Assembly (NCBI GenBank): GCA_037381445.1
Contig: JARRQT010000172.1
Span: 1-23,967, forward strand
Direction of reading: 5' to 3'
DNA: 23,967 bases
Origin: Calditrichia bacterium
GTDB taxonomy: Bacteria > Calditrichota > Calditrichia > RBG-13-44-9
Shown here: piece after piece, positions 18,830-23,967 of the stretch
How the letters are laid out: each line of letters begins with the position of its first letter
Position numbering within the stretch: position 1 is the first letter of the stretch
Program-made: the position numbers and the translations under genes
The notes under the pieces: generated by a model
Databases searched by the model: none
Told to the model about the DNA's origin: nothing
Seen by the model: only the letters and a program-made list of their open reading frames with translations

Positions 18830-18886
18830 CTGACTTATGTCGTTTCCAAGCCATCGATATTTTTGAAAAATCCCCGGCGGGCCCGG

Positions 18887-20590
18887 CTATCTGATGACGA
18901 CCAATTTCCCCTTTTTCTCAAAGTCTTTGGATTTGATGATATAGACGTAGACCCCGCTGCCAACAACTTCACCCAGATGGGTCTTTAAATCCCATTGCTC
19001 CGTATTAATTCCGGAATCATTTCGCAGGGTTTGCAGGTACCTGCCGTTACTGCTGAAAATGTATATTTCAGACCCCTTCGGAATATTTTCAAACTTAATG
19101 GTATTTTGGGAGTCCGCAAGTCTGAAGGGCTGGGGATACACAATCACATCATCTGCTTTCACAAAATGCTCGGGCTCAGCCAGCAATTGATAATAAAATT
19201 TTCCTTCCCCGGCGTCGGTGCCATTTACCACGCTGTAGTAAATCCCTTGCGGGAGCAGTTTGTCGGGATACCTGAAATTCACCGTTGAATTTACATTAAA
19301 ATAATCGGATTGGCCGGCATTAATGTAGAGCGAGGAGAGGTTCTGGGGATATCCCCCTTCGCCGGCTCTAAGCAGAAAGGACATAGGAATGGTATCCGCT
19401 ACATCCGATTTATACCAACGGAATGAGAGCCTGGGCAGCGAATCCGCGATCAATTCATTTCTGGTTGCCTGAAGCGGCTCTCCGGTTCGGAAATCAATAT
19501 CGCCGTAACTGGCAAAAAAGGGTGCATCGGGAAAAAATTTATTCCCCACAGATCGGTCACCGACAAAAAAGAGCCATCCGCATAAACGGGATAGTTCAGC
19601 AAAGATGTCACTGCCCAAACCATCCAGCACTGTCTCCACGGCGGGTAAGGCCCGCTGATTCCGAATCTGCGTCCAGATTCTCCGGGTAATGTCTTTGCCA
19701 TACATTTTCCCCAGCATAATCTCAATGACCACCTTACCGTAATCAGATAAGCCGCCGGTTGACCGATCGAGCGGTTCATCGGTGGCTCTGAAATAACTTG
19801 GCAAATACTGCAAGTAATCGTTCACCCCATCGGCGACCACTTCTTCCATATAGGTAGCGGAACTCTCGATAAACCAGATATCATAAAAGAAACCGGAATT
19901 ATCCGGCCACAAGGCATAGCCAACCTGCAGCGCATGGTTGAACTCATGGGCGGCAGTCACCGCAATGGCCATGCTGTCCCGCACTACCGGGTCGGAAATC
20001 CCGGGATATTGGGCGTCAAAGTAGGTGCTGATCTGGATATTGGTTTCATAGCGCACCCGGTGGGGATTAAAAGTTTCGGAAATCACCGAATCCAAAATGG
20101 TGCTGCCGTATACGGATAAAGGCTGACAGTAAACAGGATAAACCTGGCGGGGATTGCCCTCAACATCGGGCGGCGGATTAAAGCCAAGGGAATCGATTTC
20201 CACCTGCCAGGCGCGGTCGAACGATTTAGCAACGAAATCCACATAATCGGGAAATCCGTCATGATTGCGATCATAATCCGGGACTGCCCGGTAACCGAGC
20301 GTGTCATAGTAAATTTTGAAGTGACCGGATGGAGAGACATAGAATGTATTCCACTCGACCTGCAGCGCCTGCCAGGCTTTGAATTCCCGGTGAAGCCATT
20401 TGTTTTGGGGATTGGAGGCCTCCAGCACCACCGGAAAACCGCATTTATGATCCGGACCTTCGAACAGCTGATTCTTTATCTGGCGGGCATTCTGATAGAA
20501 ATCGCCGCCTGCAAACAGCGCGCTTGCCGTTAGTCCCTGGAGAACAAGCCACACGGCCAATAAAAGCAGGAAATTACGATTTGTATTCAT
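18887..20590 (-). CDS. Secreted zinc metallopeptidase-like protein with a C-terminal sorting/FlgD-Ig-like domain
   Basis: Signal peptide MNTNRNFLLLLAVWLVL...ALFA, then SPSGHFKIYY, TAAHEFNHALQ (HExxH), WFIESSATYME. The C-terminus VYPQPF...IYIFSSNG..L...WD...SGVYVYII...GKLVVIR resembles T9SS type-A/FlgD tails. Confidence 0.8.
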   Translation of the reverse strand: MNTNRNFLLLLAVWLVLQGLTASALFAGGDFYQNARQIKNQLFEGPDHKCGFPVVLEASNPQNKWLHREFKAWQALQVEWNTFYVSPSGHFKIYYDTLGYRAVPDYDRNHDGFPDYVDFVAKSFDRAWQVEIDSLGFNPPPDVEGNPRQVYPVYCQPLSVYGSTILDSVISETFNPHRVRYETNIQISTYFDAQYPGISDPVVRDSMAIAVTAAHEFNHALQVGYALWPDNSGFFYDIWFIESSATYMEEVVADGVNDYLQYLPSYFRATDEPLDRSTGGLSDYGKVVIEIMLGKMYGKDITRRIWTQIRNQRALPAVETVLDGLGSDIFAELSRLCGWLFFVGDRSVGNKFFPDAPFFASYGDIDFRTGEPLQATRNELIADSLPRLSFRWYKSDVADTIPMSFLLRAGEGGYPQNLSSLYINAGQSDYFNVNSTVNFRYPDKLLPQGIYYSVVNGTDAGEGKFYYQLLAEPEHFVKADDVIVYPQPFRLADSQNTIKFENIPKGSEIYIFSSNGRYLQTLRNDSGINTEQWDLKTHLGEVVGSGVYVYIIKSKDFEKKGKLVVIR

Positions 20591-20742
20591 TTTTTCGTCC
20601 GCAAACAAGTAATCCGGCAAAGATGGAATATTGATTTTTGCTGAGGCTGCTCTTTCATGTTATAGACCTTCAGTCTTTTTCACCGATTCAGGGGGTTGGA
20701 TAACTTCAAACCTCAGGCCGACATCCGGACAATTTAAAAAGT

Positions 20743-21912
20743 CTATGGCGTCTTCTTATGCTTTGACTTAAAAACAACAAGCACCGGCACACCTTCAAAT
20801 CCCCAGCGTTCCCGGATTTTTCGTTACAGAAAACGATTAGAACTTTCTCCGAGAAGTTCAGGGAAATTGCAGAAGAAAGCAACAACCAGTTTGAATAGTC
20901 GTATTTTTTCCAGCACCGAAGTGAAAACAATCGGGATATAACTATAACTGCCGAGACGTTCCCGCAGCGCCTTCTCCCATTCGAAGAGGGTCTTATCATC
21001 CTTGGGTACCAAATCCCATTTATTTACTGCGATTACAATTCCTTTGCGGTGCTGGGTCGCCTCGTTAATTACCCGCAGGTCCTGGCGGGTGGGTCCGGCC
21101 GTGGCATCCAGGAAATAAAGCACAACGTCCGCCCGCTGAATGCTGCGCACGCTGCGCAGTTGGCTGAAAAACAGGATATTTTCCTTCACCTTCGCTTTTC
21201 TTTTCAGACCGGCGGTATCGATGAGCAGATATTTTCTCTTCTGATAATTCAATTCCGAATCGATGGGATCCCGCGTAGTGCCGGGAATATCCGTCACGAT
21301 GGAACGGGTTTGTCCAATAAGCATGTTCACGAAGGATGACTTCCCCACATTTTCCCGCCCCACCACCGCTAGCTTGATAGCATCTTCATCGGCGATAACT
21401 TCCGGCATAGGCACATTCCGGATTTGAGAGATGAGAATATCCAGCATATCCCCGATGGTCCTGCCCTGCAGCGCAGAGACCGCAATCGGATCACCCAGTC
21501 CCAGTCCGTAAAACTGGTAGATATCGGATTCCATCATCTCATTATCTACTTTATTTACAACAAGCATAACTGCTTTTTGAGAGCGCTTCAGCTTATCCGC
21601 AATCTGCGCATCCCAGTTGGTAATCCCGGAGGCCCGGTCCACTACATAAAGTATAACATCCGCCTCCTGAATGGCAATTTCAACCTGCTCGCGGATCGCC
21701 ATTTCGATGGTGTCAGAGGTCTGGGGAAGGTAACCTCCCGTATCGACCACTACAAAGGATTGCCCGCTCCATTCCGTTTCGGCATAATGGCGGTCCCGGG
21801 TAACGCCGGGCAGATCATCGACAATCGCTTCTCGCTTTTTAATGATGCGATTGAAAAGGGTTGACTTTCCCACATTGGGCCTGCCAACAATAGCAACAAC
21901 GGGTAGACTCAT
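20743..21912 (-). pseudogene. der: Ribosome biogenesis GTPase Der (EngA) with an in-frame deletion in the KH-like domain and a premature TAA (probably sequence error)
   Basis: Two GTPase domains (GRPNVGKS/DTGG/NKVD and GRENVGKS/DTAG/NKWD). After RLFKLV the sequence jumps to VAFFCNFPELLGESSNRFL, then TAA at 20824-20826, then RKIRERWGFEGVPVLVVFK...TAG at 20743-20745. Confidence 0.9.
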
Positions 21913-21985
21913 CTTTACGATTTCTGCTTTCCTGGTTTCTTATTTGAGATATTCCATTTTCTATACATTACAGGGATTCGGGGCT

Positions 21986-23356
21986 TCAGCGTTCCTTCAT
22001 CTGCTCCGCGACATAAAGACCGGGCCCGGTGTGCCGCAGAATTCGGGCTGCTTCCTCCGGTTGAATTCTTTGCTCCGCTGCAATATTTTTCATGAGTGTA
22101 ACAAAACTGTCCGGGAAGATGAATACCTTTTTTCCCAGCTTTTCCTCTAAGGCTTCTACCGTCCAGTCATCCAAAAAAATCCCGTCCTGATTAAGCACAC
22201 GGGGTGGAAGTATAATATAATCGCCCAATTCCCGGTCTTTCAGTGCGCTGTAGATATCCTGTCCGACGAGCAGGCCCGCCACTACGATCGATTCGCCATA
22301 AAAACGGTTCATGACTCTTTCGAGCGTAATTTTTAGATCCGGAATTTTTTGCAGCTCCGGAATAATATATTGCTGTAGCGCTTCGGATCCCAGCACGCCG
22401 CTTGCCAGCGTCAGATGCAGGGGCGGGGTGATTTTTCTCAATACGGGGAGTTCTTCATGAAAACGGTTGATGAAATCGCGCGTCAAACCTACCCCGTTTT
22501 CCAACTGATAAAATCCCTCGTAATAATCGTTGTCCGGCAAAGGCTGCCCGGTTCGGATATAAAATTCGTCCGACAAATAGACAAAAGAACTTCCCAGTTC
22601 CTTTTTCAGTTTCTCCCGGACTCCTTTCATTTTCTCCATGAGACTCAGGCTGTATTCCCGGGTCACCGGCTTCAGTTCCGGAAGATTGCGGCGGTGTCTG
22701 GTAAGCCCCACCGGGACAATAGCCACTGAACGCACCGCAGGGAAGAATTTTTTCAGGTCCGTAATGGTGCGATCGAGGTATTGCCCATCATTTAATTCGG
22801 GACAGAGGACAATCTGGCAGTTCAATTCTATGCCATTGCTGGTCAGGTATTCGATTTTTTCCAGCAGATGATCATCATATTTTATTCCCAGCATGTATTT
22901 TCTCAGATCAGGATCCGTTACATGAACGGAGATATAAAGAGGAGTGAGACGCTGTTCGACAATTCGTTCCAGATCCTGTCGTCCGGTATTGCTCAGGGTG
23001 ACATAATGCCCGTATAAGAATGAAAACCGGTAATCTTCATCCTTGAAATAAAGCGATTTCCGCAGACCCTTTGGATTCTGATGCACAAAACAGAAAACAC
23101 ATTTGTTGCCGCATTTCCGCATCTTCAGGTCTTCCAAAATGATGCCCAGGTCTTCCTGATACTCCTTTTCAATCTCATAAATAGTTTCTACGCCCCGCTG
23201 CTCAATCAGGACTTCCAGGTCTTCGCTGCTGTTATAAAAACGGTAATCCAGCATATCGGTAATAATTTTACCATTTATGCTGATCAGCTTATCTCCGGGA
23301 GAAATGCCCAGTTCTTCAGCGATGCTTCCGGGCTCTATATCAAAAATTTCCAACAT
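21986..23356 (-). CDS. DUF512 domain-containing protein (N-terminal PDZ-like domain, radical-SAM-like CxxxCxxC)
   Basis: PGSIAEELGISPGD, CGNKCVFCFVHQNPKGLRKSLYFKDEDYRFSFLYG, PLYISVH, VPVGLTRHR, QLENGVG. This family commonly lies directly upstream of der. Start is 23356 (ATG) or 23383 (GTG). Confidence 0.9.
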   Translation of the reverse strand: MLEIFDIEPGSIAEELGISPGDKLISINGKIITDMLDYRFYNSSEDLEVLIEQRGVETIYEIEKEYQEDLGIILEDLKMRKCGNKCVFCFVHQNPKGLRKSLYFKDEDYRFSFLYGHYVTLSNTGRQDLERIVEQRLTPLYISVHVTDPDLRKYMLGIKYDDHLLEKIEYLTSNGIELNCQIVLCPELNDGQYLDRTITDLKKFFPAVRSVAIVPVGLTRHRRNLPELKPVTREYSLSLMEKMKGVREKLKKELGSSFVYLSDEFYIRTGQPLPDNDYYEGFYQLENGVGLTRDFINRFHEELPVLRKITPPLHLTLASGVLGSEALQQYIIPELQKIPDLKITLERVMNRFYGESIVVAGLLVGQDIYSALKDRELGDYIILPPRVLNQDGIFLDDWTVEALEEKLGKKVFIFPDSFVTLMKNIAAEQRIQPEEAARILRHTGPGLYVAEQMKER

Positions 23357-23767
23357 CCGAATATCCCTAAATTTAAACCACAAATTTAATACATCTTCAA
23401 AGATTTAACAATGGCAAAGAATGTCACTGCTTTGCACATACGTTTGTCTTTTTTCTTCAATGCACCGCAAATGGCTGGAATTATAACGCATCAGGCGGTA
23501 GCGGGTTCATTTTTTTATTTTTTATGGGATTGTATCGTTGTCCACTTATTTTAAAAAGCCGCCGGCCAGAAACAACAAATTATACAATTGTGATTGTTAT
23601 CAATTTATAATTTTGCCGGATAATCTATTTTCACACGTTCTGATTTTGACAAAGATGAACCTCAGAACCGGCCATCATATTGCATCTGTTGTGTATCAGT
23701 CCGCTCTTTAACATTCTTTTAAACAGAGTTTTTAAACTTACAAGATCAATTAACTTACGAGGAAATT

Positions 23768-23967
23768 ATGAAAGCGCTCAGATGGTGTTTAGTCTTGATG
23801 GTGTTGTTTCTATCCGTAAATCCGGCGATATTGGCAGGCAAAGACACAACCTCACGCCCCGCATGGCGAGAGGCAGTGACCAAAGCAATTCCTCCTGCTG
23901 CCGACCTGCTTTCTCCCCATCACGGAACAGCGGCTGCTTTACCGTTTTTTGATGATTTCGAAAGTGG
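23768..23967 (+). CDS. N-terminus of a secreted protein that runs off the window
   Basis: GAGGA RBS then ATG 23768. Reads MKALRWCLVLMVLFLSVNPAILA (signal peptide) GKDTT...LPFFDDFES, open to the window end. Absent from the ORF track because it has no stop. Confidence 0.75.
   Translation, partial: MKALRWCLVLMVLFLSVNPAILAGKDTTSRPAWREAVTKAIPPAADLLSPHHGTAAALPFFDDFES

Noticed and set aside
20824..20826. TAA recoding or an alternative genetic code suggested by the in-frame stop in der
   Set aside because: TAA terminates many intact genes here (copZ-like, malic enzyme, nfeD, hybrid kinase). It is a single case next to a deletion.
23680..23952. 90-aa ORF from the track
   Set aside because: Wrong frame. 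The frame from ATG 23768 has an RBS and a clear signal peptide.
1..23967. CRISPR arrays, tRNA or rRNA genes, IS elements, prophage or defence genes
   Set aside because: No regularly spaced repeats, cloverleaf structures, or transposase, integrase or nuclease motifs were recognised by eye.

Overview
Bacterial chromosomal region with almost all genes on the minus strand. Gene content suggests an anaerobic diderm, possibly Calditrichota or another FCB-related lineage (inference only). In order: partial comB (+), SDR oxidoreductase, a Cyc2-like cytochrome-porin fusion, a frameshifted pentaheme cytochrome c, flavodiiron protein FprA, a CopZ-like chaperone, buk, a damaged ptb, a single-domain response regulator, malic enzyme, a PAS/GAF histidine kinase, a slipin/NfeD pair, a small CPxC/CPxCG protein, a REC-HisKA-HATPase kinase, a His-less stand-alone HisKA-like protein behind a sigma54-type promoter, HPr, mannose-family PTS IID and IIC, a secreted HExxH peptidase, a damaged der, a DUF512 Fe-S protein, and the start of a divergent secreted protein. 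The two best candidates for undescribed biology are the Cyc2-like plus pentaheme cytochrome gene pair (possible minimal outer-membrane electron conduit) and the pseudo-DHp / hybrid kinase / zinc-finger operon. Four genes carry lesions, including essential der, so the sequence is probably error-prone. No tRNA, rRNA, CRISPR array or mobile element was recognised.
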